Shown here: piece by piece, positions 52,043 through 64,000 of the stretch
Layout of the letters: the number at the start of each line of letters is the position of its first letter
Numbering within the stretch: position 1 is the stretch's first letter
Source of the DNA: Hemiscyllium ocellatum
Taxonomy: Eukaryota
Reading direction: 5' to 3'
DNA: 64,000 nt
NCBI RefSeq assembly: GCF_020745735.1
Contig: NC_083428.1
Coordinates: 39,804,001-39,868,000 of the forward strand
The notes under the pieces: model-generated
What the model was told of the DNA's origin: nothing
Databases searched by the model: none
What the model saw: only the letters and a program-made list of their open reading frames with translations
Translations under genes and position numbers: made by a program

Positions 52043-53240
52043 TATGCTTTTCTATTGTCATAATCTTTTTGGCACTCTCAATATCTTCTTCACTTCCTCT
52101 TTCAATGTACTGGATTTGGGCTGACTTTAACGTTTCATTTGATTTGGATAATAAACCCACTTCTTTGTTTCATTGTGTATTCCTCATCATTCATGGAGCC
52201 CTGACTTTGATTCCCCTATCTTTCTCCCTTGTTGGAATGTGCCTGGCCTGTGCCTGAAAGATCTCTTCCTTAAAGATCATTCCGTGTTCTGTTTTCCTTT
52301 TCAATCTTTGGTCCCATTTTATCCTGGTTAGATGCCCCCTCAAACCATTACAATTAGCCCTCTTCCAATTTAGAATTTCGACTCTAGATTGTTCCCCATT
52401 CTTCTACATGGCTAATCTAAACCTTATGATACACTTACAGAAGTGCTCCTACTCTGACACTCAGGAATCCATTTGGACTGCCTCATCTTTTAGCAGTTGA
52501 CCCATCTATGCCTCCTTCCTTGTTGGATCAGGACTTAATCATTAAGGAAACTATTTGTGTTATTTTAGAAAGTCATCACCTTTAACTTAAGCCCAGATGA
52601 TATTTGGGCACTTAAATTTTCCCAAAATCACTTTATAATTCTTGCACACCTCCACAATTGTCATGCAGATTTCCTTCTCCCATTATTCCTTCTCCTGTTA
52701 TTCCTTCTCCTACAGAATAATACCAGTAGAGTGATTATCTTTCCTTTGTCAGAAGAAGTTGACCATTGAGAATTCATCCTGCCTCCATCATGTAGTATTC
52801 GTCACTGAGGAGTATGGAAGCTATCAATGCTGTGGTTGGTGGAGAGAAAAATCAGAAAGAGAATGACTGATGTAGGAGAAAACACCATTGATTCAAATAT
52901 AGAAATTATTCCTCAACAAAAAAGGATCAACACTTGATTTGGAGCAAACAAAATGGTCTGCTCACCTCATGGGGTGGTAGAGAGGCAGTGATCACTGGGT
53001 CTTACTGAAGATTGAGGTGTGGACTCTCATTCTTCAATCAAGGATGCTGAGGTCTGGGCACTGTTCCTGGTGAGCTCACTTGAAAATAACTGATACAACA
53101 CAGACCAGCAAGCAACCTGGGAGTGAAGGACACTCTAAGGCGCAGAATCATGGCAGGACCCCACGAAGAAGACCTTGTTGAAGTTAATACTCCCTGGTGT
53201 CAAACTCTTGGCAACTTTAAACAGACAGTGCTGTCTCTCA

Positions 53241-54613
53241 GGAAAGAGTGAGGACTGCAGATGCTGGAGATCAGCGTCACGAAGGTGGTACTGGAAAAGC
53301 ACAGCAGGTCAGGCAGCATCTGAGGAGCAGGAAAATTAACGTTTCGGGCAACAGCCCTTCATCAGGAATGAGGCTTATGATCCAAGGGGGTGGAGAGATA
53401 AATGGGAGGGGTGTGGAGCCAGGGGGAAGGGAGCTGAGAGTGCGAAGGGTAGATGGAGGTGGGGGTAAAGGTAATAAGTCGGGGAGGAGGGTGGAGCGGA
53501 TAGGTGGGAAAGAAGATGGACAAGTAGGACAGTCATGAGGGTGGTGCCGAGTTGGAAGGTTGGAATTGGGATAAGGGAAATGAGGAAACTGGTGAAGTCC
53601 ACATTGATGATGTGTGAGGGTCCCAGTATGGAAGATGAAACGTTCTTCCTCCAGACGTCAGGTGGTTAGGTTGTGGTGATGGAGGAGGCCCAGAACCTGC
53701 ATGTCCTTGGTAGAGTGGGAGGGGGAGTTGAAGTGTTCAGCCATGGGATGGTGGGGTTGGTTGGCGTGGGTGACCCAGAGATGTTCTCTGAAGCGAGTAG
53801 GCATCTTGTCTCCCCAATGTAGAGGAGACTGCATCAGGAGCAATGGATACAGTAAATGACGCGTGGAAGTGCAGGTAAACTCTGGATATGGAAGGTTCCT
53901 TTGGGGCCTTGGGTGGAGATGAGGGGTGAGGTGTGGGTGCAGGTTTTGCAATTCCTGCAGTGGCAGGGGAAGGTGCTGGGATGGGAGGGTGGGTTGGTGG
54001 GGGGCATCTGACGAGATCCGTTGCTCTCGATGTGGTCTCCTCTACATTGGGGAGACAGGACGTCTACTTGCAGAGTGCTTCAGAGAACATCTTCGGGACA
54101 CCCGCACCAACCAATCCCACCACCTCATGGCCGAACACTTCAACTCACCCTCCCACTCCATCAAGGACATGCAGGTCCTGGGCCTCCTCCATCGCCACAC
54201 CCTAACTACCCGACACCTAGAGGAAGAACACATCATCTTCCGCCTTGGAACCCTCCAACCCATGGCATCAATGTGGACTTCACCAGTTTCCTCATTTCCC
54301 CAACCCACACCGTATCCCATTCGCAACCTTCTACCTCGGCACTGCCCTCATGACCTGTCCTACCTGCCCATCTCCCTTCCTACCTATCCATTCCACCCTC
54401 CTCTCCAACCTATCATCATTATCCCTACCTCCATCTACCCTTCGCACTCTCAGATTCCTAACCCCAGCCCCCCACCCCCCTCCCATTTAATCTCCACCCC
54501 ATTGGTTCATAAACCTCGGACCTGATGAAGGGCTTGTGCCCGAAATGTTGATTCTTCTGCTCCTTGGATGCTGCCCGACCTGCTATGCTTTTCCAGCAAC
54601 ACACTCTTAATAT
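53241..54613. mobile_element. Penelope-like insertion with inverted GIY-YIG halves
   Basis: Minus half 53244-54000 and plus half 54010-54610 (RCSRCGLLYIGETGRLLAE.FREHL...EEEHIIFRLGTLQP); TGTCTCTCA repeated at 53232-53240 and 54614-54622. Confidence 0.88.
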
Positions 54614-54735
54614 TGTCTCTCACTCAATGCAATTCAAGCTAATTATAGGAAGCTAACATCTTCAACCTGCTGTTAAGCTGAAACAATGTTGCAATTTTCC
54701 CTAACTTTATCCAAACATTGTCTTTTCTCTTGCAG

Positions 54736-55058
54736 CTCAGCAACTCCCTGACCCTTCAGTAAAACTGCTTGGGCCTTCAGACGAGGAGATGTCCAGGAAA
54801 GGAGCCGGCACGTTAGTTTGTCTGGTCAGCAAACTGTCCATGGGCTTTGCTGCGGTCAGCTGGACAGTGGATGGGAGTCCGACGAGCAGTGAGGTCCAAA
54901 CCAGCATGGTGTCCCGTGACCCGGACAACAGCTTCAGTCTCAGCAGCTACCTGACCGTCCCTGGCAGTGATTGGAGCAGTGGGAAGGTGTACTCCTGCAC
55001 AGTGCAACAAGGAACAGCTTCAGAAACAGCCGCAACAGTCTCACAATCCGGCTGTTAA
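54736..55058 (+). CDS. Immunoglobulin light-chain constant-domain exon (C1-set), probably sigma isotype
   Basis: CTAAC branch point, TCTTTTCTCTTGCAG acceptor, phase 1; QQLPDPSVKLLGPSDEEMSRKGAGTLVCLVSKLSMGFAAVSWTVDGSPTSSEVQTSMVSRDPDNSFSLSSYLTVPGSDWSSGKVYSCTVQQGTASETAATVSQSGC*; both domain Cys, core Trp and terminal inter-chain Cys intact; isotype call from recalled sigma C features (SKL after Cys1, QQ after Cys2), less certain. Confidence 0.93.
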
Positions 55059-55326
55059 ATATTTGGAAGTTTCATATGTGTTTGCTGTCTAATTTAGGCA
55101 GAAAATGTCACTTACCTTCCACCCCTTCACCATTACCCACCCTCTTCCTCTGGAATCTGCTGCATTTTGTGTTCCTGTTTTGCTCTGTGTGATTCTGCTG
55201 TATTATGTTTGAAGTGTTTGTACCTGAGGAAGGTTTTGTTCAGTTTCTCCTGTTTGAAGAGGCTGCAGGAGGATTAAAGTGACCAATAACAGCTCCAGCC
55301 AGGAATTTCAGTTCAAATATGTTTTA

Positions 55327-55457
55327 TTCCTGATGAAGGGCTTTTGCCCAAAACGTTGATTTTCCTGCTCCTTGGATGCTGCCTGAACTGCTGTGCTCTT
55401 CCAGCACCACTAATCCAGAATCTGGTTTCCAGCATCTGCAGTCATTGTTTTTACCTA
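55327..55457 (+). mobile_element. Single Penelope-like terminal repeat (hammerhead G12 mutated)
   Basis: CTGATGAAGGGCTTTTGCCCAAAACGTTG...CATCTGCAGTCATTGTTTT. Confidence 0.75.
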
Positions 55458-55712
55458 GTTCAAGTAGGTAATTGAGTGAAAACCCAATGCTGGATTTCCT
55501 GAAGGTAGTTTTTTCACGTGGAACAGTCAACAATGTCCAGTCACTATGTACTTTCCACTAAAGTGAATCAGTACAGAAATAGTTCCACATGTGTTGTTCA
55601 CCTTATTTACAAACCCTGATCCCTGACATCACTGAGCAGTCCAGATGTGAGGAGACCCCCATCACCTTTGCCCAGTTCTCATCCTGTTTCCACACTTTGA
55701 AATGTTGAGTGG

Positions 55713-55784
55713 TTAAATGCATCTGGATATGAAGTTGGGCCAATGTCTGTACTGGTGTTCAGGATACAATCCCTGATCAAATGA
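55713..55784 (-). CDS. Candidate terminal coding exon of an unidentified gene
   Basis: CTCTTTTTACTAG acceptor, phase 0, SFDQGLYPEHQYRHWPNFISRCI*; phase-compatible with 56077-56288. Confidence 0.3.
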   Translation of the reverse strand, partial: SFDQGLYPEHQYRHWPNFISRCI

Positions 55785-56076
55785 CTAGTAAAAAGAGATT
55801 GCAATAACTACTTCAGAATACACAAACAACATCGTTTTAGTGTCTGTATACAAAACATTGTGAATTATTGCATGAATGAGTTTATTAGAAAGACAACATG
55901 ACTTCATTAAAAATTAATTTGTCAGGAATTCAATTGCTTTGGTCCTTTCAGGAATCGGATTGATAAATAAAACACAGTGGTTTGTATAAATATAGAATTT
56001 GAAAACTATTAGACAATATTTCATTTTGCATTTTGGTCGGAGTGGTACCAACCTATAAAGGAGAAAATGAACTCAC

Positions 56077-56288
56077 GAGTCTGTAAAAATCAGAATTGTT
56101 CAGACATGTCGAAAGATTTTTAAATTCTAGCTTAATTTCCCGGAGGAAAATAGAGCTCAGCAACACTCTTTCGTCAGAACACTCCAGGTCATGTCTCTTG
56201 TTCTGCATGGTGAAAACCGAGAAAGTCCCCAAATCAGTTGTGTAAAGCATGGGTGAATTAGTGACGAGAAGGGATTTAGAATTTGTCT
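56077..56288 (-). CDS. Candidate internal coding exon (212 nt) of an unidentified gene
   Basis: CCTTCCATTTATCAG acceptor, GTGAGT donor, 70 codons open (TNSKSLLVTNSPMLYTTDLGTFSVFTMQNKRHDLECSDERVLLSSIFLREIKLEFKNLSTCLNNSDFYRL); non-repetitive, several CpGs retained. Confidence 0.4.
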
Positions 56289-56689
56289 CTGATAAATGGA
56301 AGGTTGGATTAGGTTTTCAATAAGTGCAACAGGAGTTAGGGCAGGAGTGTCCAATTCGTAAATCTGCCTCAGCTTTTCTAAAATTTGGTAAAGGTCATTG
56401 TATCAAAATTAAGAATTAACATGAACTGAAAGGGAATACGATTAGATGCAATGGTTCATTTCATCAGTTATAGTTACAATAGATCCTGTTCTGTCACCTG
56501 GGCTGTCAGATCTTCCAACTCTCTAGTGACATGGAGGAAGTATCTGATGACCTGTGACATGTCCCAACTTAACCTTCTCCCAACATTTTTTATTCTGTCT
56601 GATTTCAGAATGGACTCTAGGTAATTTCTATTATAAATTAACCTTTTTTGGATGAAGTTTTGGGACCTAGTATGTTTGATTTGGTTAAG

Positions 56690-59010
56690 AAAAGGACCAA
56701 AGCTGAACAAATTTAGCCATGTGATGTCTTAAGTGAGTAAGGTGAGGCTGGGAGTATGAGAGTTAAGACAGATGAGTTAAGTGAATGGATTGACACATGG
56801 ACTGTGATGTTGTTGTCAATACATGGTTGAGGGAGGGAAACTTACCATTCCAGAGCATAGGATTTTCAGGTACGGAAGGATGTAATGTTGGAGGTGGTGT
56901 TGCATTATTAAGGAGTCAGATACTGCAGTAAGGAGAGATGATGTCTTGGAAGGGTCAGTGAATGAGGCATTATGGGTAGAATTTAGGAATAAAAAGGGAG
57001 CAGTCATGCTGTTAGGATTATTGTAAGATATCTGTCAATCAATTTATCAAAGTGCGTGAAAATAATAGGGCAATTAAATTTGGAAATTACAATGACCCCT
57101 ATATTAATCAGGATAATCAGAGTATGGAGGGGGCAGATATTTGAAATACTTACGGCAGCATTCGAGTGCAGGTCCCCAGATCATTGCTGGGGTCTTTTTG
57201 ATGGATAGTCTATTCATAACACCACTAAGCCATTACCTTACTGTTGCATGCAGACTGCTGCAGGAAATGAGGGAGGAAATTACAGGGATTCTGACCCAAA
57301 TGTTTAAATCATCTCTGGCCCCAGGGAGGCGCTAGAGGATTGCCAGACAGCGAACATGGTTCTGCTTTGCAAGAAAGGTGCCAGGTATAGAGCTGAAAGT
57401 GTGTTGCTGGGAAAGCGCAGCAGGTCAGGCAGCATCCAAGGAGCAGGAGAATCGACATTTCGGGCATGAGCCCTTCTTCATGAGCCCTCCTGGTAGGTGT
57501 AGACCAGGGAACAATAGACCATCGGTGGTTGAGAAACTATTAGAGAAAATAGTTAAGGAGAAAATTAATCTCCATTTAGAGAGGCAAGGTTTGATCAGGG
57601 ATAGTCAGAATGGCTTTGTCAGAGACAGGTCATGCAGAACAAAATTGGTGGAAGTTTTCAAGGTGAGGAAAAAGATATAAAAGAGACCTAAGGGGCAACC
57701 TTTTCACGCAGAGGGTGGTACATGTGTGGAATGAGCTGCCAGAGGAAGTGGTGGAGGCTGGTACAATTGTAACATTTGGGACTAGATTGGGTTAGGATAT
57801 CTGGTTAGCATGGACAAGTTGGCCCGAAGGATCTGTCTCCATGCTGTACATCTCTATGACTCTATGGTGTTTGGATGGAGGTAGGGTAGTTGATGTAGTT
57901 GATATGGATTTCAGCAAGCCTTCGACATCGCCCCATATGGGAAATTGACAATGAAGGTAACCTGGCAAAATGGATCTGAAATTGGCTCAGTGATGGGAGG
58001 CAGAGAGTGGTGGTGTGTGATTGGAGCCTGATGTGCAGTGGCATACCACTGGAATATGGGCTGTTTGTAGATAAGAGTGGGAGAGATGATAAATAATTTT
58101 GCACATTACATAAAGATTGGCCTGGTGGTCGACAGTGAGAGGGAAGGCATTAGGATACAGGAGCATGTAAATAGATTGGTCAGATGGGCAGATCAATGGT
58201 AGATGGAATTTAACTCTGATAAATGTGAGGTGATGCACTTTGGATGGACGAACAAGACAAGGGACAACTCAATAAGTGACAAGACACCAGAATGGGCAGA
58301 CAGATCATGGGGTGCTTGTCCCCAGATCCCTGAAGGTGGCAGGACAGGTTAACAAGGGGGTTCAGAAGGCATTTGGGTTTATCTTTATCAGTCATGGTAT
58401 TGGTTATAAGGGCAGGAAGTTCGTATTGCAGCTATACAGAACCTTGGTTGGGCCACAGCTGGAGTACTGTGTGCAGTTCTGGTCAATATACTGCAGGATG
58501 GATGTAATTGCACTGAAGATAGTGTGGAGAAAATACACCAGGATATTATCTGGGATGGAGCATTTTTGTAATGAAGAGAGGCTGGGTATGCTTGGATTGT
58601 TTTCTTTGGAGCAGAGAAGGTTAAGGGGGAACCTGATCGAAATTTCTAAGATATTGAAGGGAGGGATAAGCGAAATAGAAAGCAGCTGTTCTCCTTCGTT
58701 GAAGCAACAATAACAAGGGGGAATAATTTTAAAGTGAAGGGTAGGAGGTTTAGAGGGGATTTGAGAAAAAAACATTTCCAACCAGAAGTTGGTGGGAGTC
58801 TGTCTGGAATGCTCTACTTGGGAGGGTAGTTGATGTGGGAAACTTCCTAACCTTTAAAAAGTACTTGGATGAGTACTTACAGTGTCATAAGTTTAAGGCT
58901 CTGGCCTAGTGTGGGAAAATCGAACAAATGTAGGGAGTATTTCATTTTTGGCAATACAGACTTGAAAGATTAAAGGGCCTATTCTGCACTGTAGGATTCT
59001 ATGATTCTAA
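56690..59010 (+). mobile_element. Long degenerate CR1 ORF2 with nested inserts
   Basis: Endonuclease remnants 56760-57130, PGNNRP/SQNGFVRDRSC (57378-57680), MDFSK, LEYCVQFW (58276-58713), CR1 3' UTR. Confidence 0.8.
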
Positions 59011-59634
59011 AACTGGGAACACCGTGAAATGTATTACATTCCTCGGTCTCCTGAATAATCTTCTCATGATTTGATTGAAACCTTTTTTTTGTTTGAAAAC
59101 AGAAATATTTACACATCAGTTGAACTCAGCATAGAGTGTAAGAGTATTTCAAGATTCCTCCTCTCTTAATTGAATCTTCATCTTTCCACAATGCAGTACA
59201 TTCTCAGAAAAATAAAACATTAAGTTGCTGGTAAGTAATGAACATGTACAGTGTTGAGCTGTCCTTCAAAGAAAGCTCCTGAATTTTCCTGATTAGTCAT
59301 TAATACTTAGACTGTGCGTACATTCTATAATTCACACATACAAATGATGGCAAATTTGGTCCCCGGGAGTTAATAGAAACCACCTTGTAGCTAAGGCAAA
59401 TAAATCCCCAAACCAAAACACAATGCACTGTAGGAAAGGAATCCGTACCCTATGAGTACAACTCCAAGAGCGGATAAGTTTTCCTTTGAATCAAAGCATT
59501 ACTGATATCTTGGAAGAGAGCTGGCTTCTATGTGCTTACTATTTCATCATGTTACCTTCAGGTGTGGATTGCCATTCAGAGCCTGATGGATCCAAACATT
59601 TGGCCAAGAGCAGGGTTTGAGAAGATTTGTAGAT

Positions 59635-61045
59635 CAGGTTGATGTTCTGGATGTAGTTTTGCTCGCTGAGCTAGAAGGTTCATTTTCAGATGTTTCATCA
59701 CCATACTAGGCAACATCTTCAGTGAGCCTCCGGACGAAGCACTGCGGATGTTTCCTGTTTTCTATTTATATGTTTGGGTTTCTTTGGGTTGGTGATGTCA
59801 TTTACTGTGGTGATGTAATTTCCTACGGTGATGTAATTTCCTGTTCTTTTTCTCTGAGGGTGTTAAATGGGATCCAAGTTAATGTATTTGCTGATGGAGT
59901 TCCGGTGGGAATGCCATGCTTCTAGGAATTCTTGTGTGTATCTCTGTTTGGCTTGTCCTAGGATGGATGTGTTGTTCTAATCGAAGTGCTGTCCTTCCTT
60001 ATCAGTATGTAAGGATACTAGTGAGAGAGGGTCATGTCGTTTTGTGGCTAGTTGATGTTCACGTATCCTGGTGGCTAGGTTTCTGCCTGTTTGTCCAATG
60101 TAATGTTTGTTACAGTCTTGCAAGGTATTTTGTAAATTACATTAGCTTTTCTTGTTTTCTGGTCTTTCAAGTTTATTAGCTGCTGTTTTAGTGTTTTGCT
60201 GACCAAGTATTGAACTACAGAAACAATCATCCCAACATCCACAAACAAAGCTGCATCAGAACATTATTCCAACAAGTCAGCACACACTGCAGCACAGAGG
60301 GACTACGAAGAGAAGAGGAAAATCACCTATACAGTGTATTCAAAAAGAATGGGTAACCAATGAACACAGTCCACTGATTTCTCAGCAACAAACCCAAACA
60401 AGCAGACAAAACACGTCCAGAAACCCTAGCCACTCTCCCCTACATCAAAGACATCTCAGAAATGATTGCCAGACTACTCAGACCCCTTAGCATCATGGTA
60501 GCCCACAAACCCACCAATACACTAAAACAGCAGCTAATGAACTTGGAAGACAACAAGCAAAACTAATGACATTTACAAAATACCATGCAAGACTGTAACA
60601 AACACAACATTGGACAAATAGACAGAAAACTAGCCACCAGGATACGTGAACATCAACTAGCCACAAAACGACATGACCCTTTCTCACTAGTATCCTTACG
60701 TACAGATAAGGAAGGACACCATTTCGACTGGGACAACACATCCATTCTATGACAAGCTAAACTGAAACATGCACAAGAATTCCTAGAAGCATGGCATTCT
60801 AACTGGAACTCCATCAGCAAACACATTGACTTGGACCCCATTTACCACCCCCCTTGAAAAACAACAGGAAATGACATCACCACAGTAAATGACATCAACA
60901 ACCCAAAGAAACCCAAACATACAAATAGAAAGGAGGAAACATCAGCAGTGCTTCTTCTGGAGGTTCACTGAAGATATTACCTAGTATGGTGACGAAACAT
61001 CTGAAAATGAACCTTCCATTCAGCGAGCAAACCTGCATCCAGAGC
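59635..61045. mobile_element. Third Penelope-like family (Poseidon-like), inverted halves
   Basis: Plus half 60200-61045: LPYIKDISE..RLLRP, IYKIPC...RIREH, W..TSIL, EFLEAWHS; minus half 59640-60200; decayed CUGAAGA...GAAAC cores near 59700 and 60970. Confidence 0.85.
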
Positions 61046-62861
61046 TAGCCAAGACTTTGGATGGTGCCTGTCGGAGTTATATCTGGCGAGAGAAAGGAAT
61101 TTGTTACACAATGTTGGTATGAGAACTCCAAAGTTTGTAGTCAACTAAATTATAAAATAGGGGTGTGCAATCAATGCCAGCTTAGGCAATGGTGCCCTCA
61201 TCCCACGAATGAATAAATAACTAACTCCAGTGGCTGCTTCACAGGGATAACTGTGATCAGTTTATACTCACAATGACATGGTCAAGATTACTTGTGGCAA
61301 GCATTTGTATCCCACACAGTGGTGACTGCTTGTGTTTCACACACGGGACTCTGTGCTTATAGCTGTCTTCAGCCTGTACTGTGCAAGAACCTGTTTGATG
61401 GAATTGTCCTTGGTCATCCAGGGAACCCCTAAACCTACATGTTCATTTCATCTTGCTGTCCCTGTCGACACCGTTTCCTCCCCATCCCAGAATAGCCCAT
61501 GTCTTCCAATGTGCTGTTATCTCCCATCCTTATATATTGTGCTCCCCACTGTCAGAATGACAATACCCTCTGGAATCCCCACAATTCACTCCCAATCATA
61601 GCACTGGGCCCTGGTAAATCACCTTGACTTTCATTGAAGACTGACCATGGCCCATGCCCCCTCCCCAAGCTGGAACGACTGCCTTTTCTGATAAGAGACC
61701 AGACCCTTGACCGTTCTGTATGCAGCTGCCTGATCAACACACTGATAGTGCCCTAACCGATTGCATTGGATCTACAGGACAGACAGTGCCCTCTCCCCAG
61801 ACTGTAGTGATATAGAACCGAAGAACTGGCCTTCCTAAGCAACCAATTGAATATGTGTCCTGGGTCCCGGACTGAGATCAGACGGTGCCCTTGTCTGACT
61901 GTGGTGAGACTCCCTGAATGGCAACACAATCCCTTGTCCTGAGTGAGGTCTACTCCCCTTAGACTTCGTGACGTGGACAATTAACTGAAGAACACACAGT
62001 GTTTGTTGTGTTAGGCGTGAGATAGATGTTGACCAGTGACATACAGCAACATGTCCACCTCCCTCTTTAACCAGTCACTGCTGACAACCCCGACAAGCCG
62101 CCAAGCCCCGTGGCTGTGCTAAAAGGGAAGGCAACACAGAGTGTACTGTGTGTAAGTTCTGAATGAGGCAGCAAAGTGCAAAAAGCCAAGGCAAGGCAGA
62201 GCATAGATACTGCGAGCATCAAAGGCAGTGTAAAGTGAGTAAGTGTTACATAGTGAGCAAAATGCTCTGTGATGGACCCTGCTCCAATGCATAATGTGGG
62301 TGCCTGACCCTGAGTGCAAAGTATACTGGCAGCAGCATTACAATGAAAGCTGTCAGTGTGCTCCATACCGCAGCACTGAAGTGGAGAGGTGTGTTGTAAG
62401 TGAGTCAGAGACGCGCCATGACGATGTGGTCAGGCTGATGCATTTCTGATGCCAAACTCCATGGACCCGGGATTCACCTTAGTCATTCCCCAGGGAGTGA
62501 ACACTGAGATACTGGGAATACTGGCCAAGATGGTGGTCCAGAGGAGCATGCGTTGAGTGGGAGCCTGCAGGTGCCACCTTTGAGGGTCATGTGGGGAATT
62601 GGTGCCACCTAGTTTCTCCCCACTGCTGGGAGGATAGCAAACTGCAGATAAATAACATGAGAATAAGCAACATTGAGATGTTTGATCATGGAAACAGGCC
62701 ACTTGTTTTTCATTGGCAGGATTCTCATCTCATTGTTCAAAATTGGTTACAAACTAGAACTGTTTTTCATAAAGTTGAGAATCTCATTTTCCTGATCTTG
62801 CATTTCTGATCTCCCGTGTCATACAAGGACTGGGAGAATTCTACCGATTGATTCAAATAAA

Positions 62862-63064
62862 CATGTTTCTCCTGCTATCCAAAAGTAGAGCATTCCTGAG
62901 AAACCTTTCATAAGCCGAAATGGCATAAAGTGAAGAAGCAATTAGTGAAAAAGCGAAAATCCTCTTTGGATTTCTTTTGGTTAGTGAAAACAGATGCTAA
63001 TGTAGGTCTTTTGTAAAGGTGAAGTGGCATAAAGCGAACTTTCGAAAAGCAGGGAATACCTGTA
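62862..63064. mobile_element. pogo/Tigger-like MITE
   Basis: ~25-bp imperfect TIRs (18/25 match) ending CCTG-TA. Confidence 0.6.
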
Positions 63065-63169
63065 GATTCATTCTGACGCAAAGAGGAATGAAGACTTGAC
63101 TGAAAGCAATTCAAATGGCTTCATCCATAGTTATCGTAGAGTCATAGAGTCATAGAATCCCACAGCATG

Positions 63170-64000
63170 GCCTGGATGTAGGTTTGCTCGCTGAGCTGCA
63201 AGTTTCGTTTTTAGGCGTTTCATCATCATACTAGGTAACATCATCAGTGAGCCTCCAGATGAAGGACTGGTGGCATGGCCCACTTTCTATTTATGTGTTT
63301 AGGTTTCCTTGGGTTGGTGGTGTCATTTCCTGTGGTGATGTCATTTCGAGTGGTGACATAATTTCCTGTTCTTTTTCTCAGGGGATGGTAAATAGGATCC
63401 AAGTCAATGTGTTTGTTGACAGAGTTCCGGTTGGAATTCCATGCTTCTAGGAATTCTCACACATGTCTCTGTTTGGCTTGTCCTCAGATGGATGTGTTGT
63501 TCCAGTTGAAGTGGTTTCCTTCCTCAACTGTTTATAAGGATGCTAGTGAGAGTGGGTCATGTCTTTTTGTGGCTAGCTGATGTTCATGTATCCTGGTGGT
63601 TAGTTTTCTGCCTGTTTGTCCAACATAGTGTTTGTTACAGTTCTTGCATGGTATTTTGTAAATGTCATTAGTTTTGCTTGTTATCTGTATAGGATCTTTC
63701 AGGTTCATTAGCTGCTGTTTTAGTATGTTGGTGGGTATGTGGGCTACCAAAGAGGTCTGAGGGGTCTAGCAGTCATTTCTGAGATGTCTTTATGTACGGG
63801 AGAGTGGCTAAGGCTTCTGGACGCATTTTATCTGCTTGTTTGGGTTTATTGCTGAGAAATTGGTGGACTGTGTTCATTGGGTACCCGTTCTTTTTGAATA
63901 CACTGTATTCATGATTTTCCTCTGCTCTGCTTAGTTCCTCTGTGTTGCAGTGTGTGGTGGCTCATTGAAATAATGTTCTAATGCAGCTTCGTTTGTGGGT
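63170..64000 (-). mobile_element. Poseidon-like Penelope element 3' part (runs off window)
   Basis: ORF 63532-63750 IYKIPCKNCNKHYVGQTGRKLTTRIHEH (GIY-YIG); same family as 59635-61045. Confidence 0.88.

Noticed and set aside
59400-59630. Possible further upstream exons of the minus-strand candidate gene
   Set aside because: Stops in the required frames or no usable acceptor; the region is cut by a Penelope insertion

Overview
AT-rich, repeat-dense vertebrate genomic DNA, most likely from an orectolobiform shark such as a bamboo shark. This is inferred from the HE1-type SINEs, CR1 LINEs, Penelope-like elements and shark-like Ig sequence. Three host genes can be read directly. (1) Coding exon 1 and promoter of cdo1 (cysteine dioxygenase) on the minus strand at about 10.1-10.4 kb; exon 2 was not found and probably lies left of the window. 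(2) A complete four-exon rpl37 on the plus strand (34.3-46.1 kb, 97 aa) with TATA/TCT promoter and polyA signal. (3) An intact immunoglobulin light-chain constant exon, probably sigma-type (54736-55058, +), for which no V, J, RSS or leader could be found anywhere in the window. A candidate two-exon 3' end of an unidentified minus-strand gene converges on the Ig exon. The rest is mostly transposable elements: a full-length CR1 nested in an older CR1, many CR1/L2/L1/Gypsy fragments, SINEs, MITEs and three Penelope-like (GIY-YIG) lineages whose termini carry hammerhead-ribozyme cores. Many of those termini occur as about 200-bp fold-back hairpins bounded by 15-bp target-site duplications. The most notable observations are the orphan Ig C exon and the hammerhead fold-back insertions, several of them inside rpl37 and cdo1 introns. 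All identifications are by eye; no database searches were run, and repeat boundaries are approximate.
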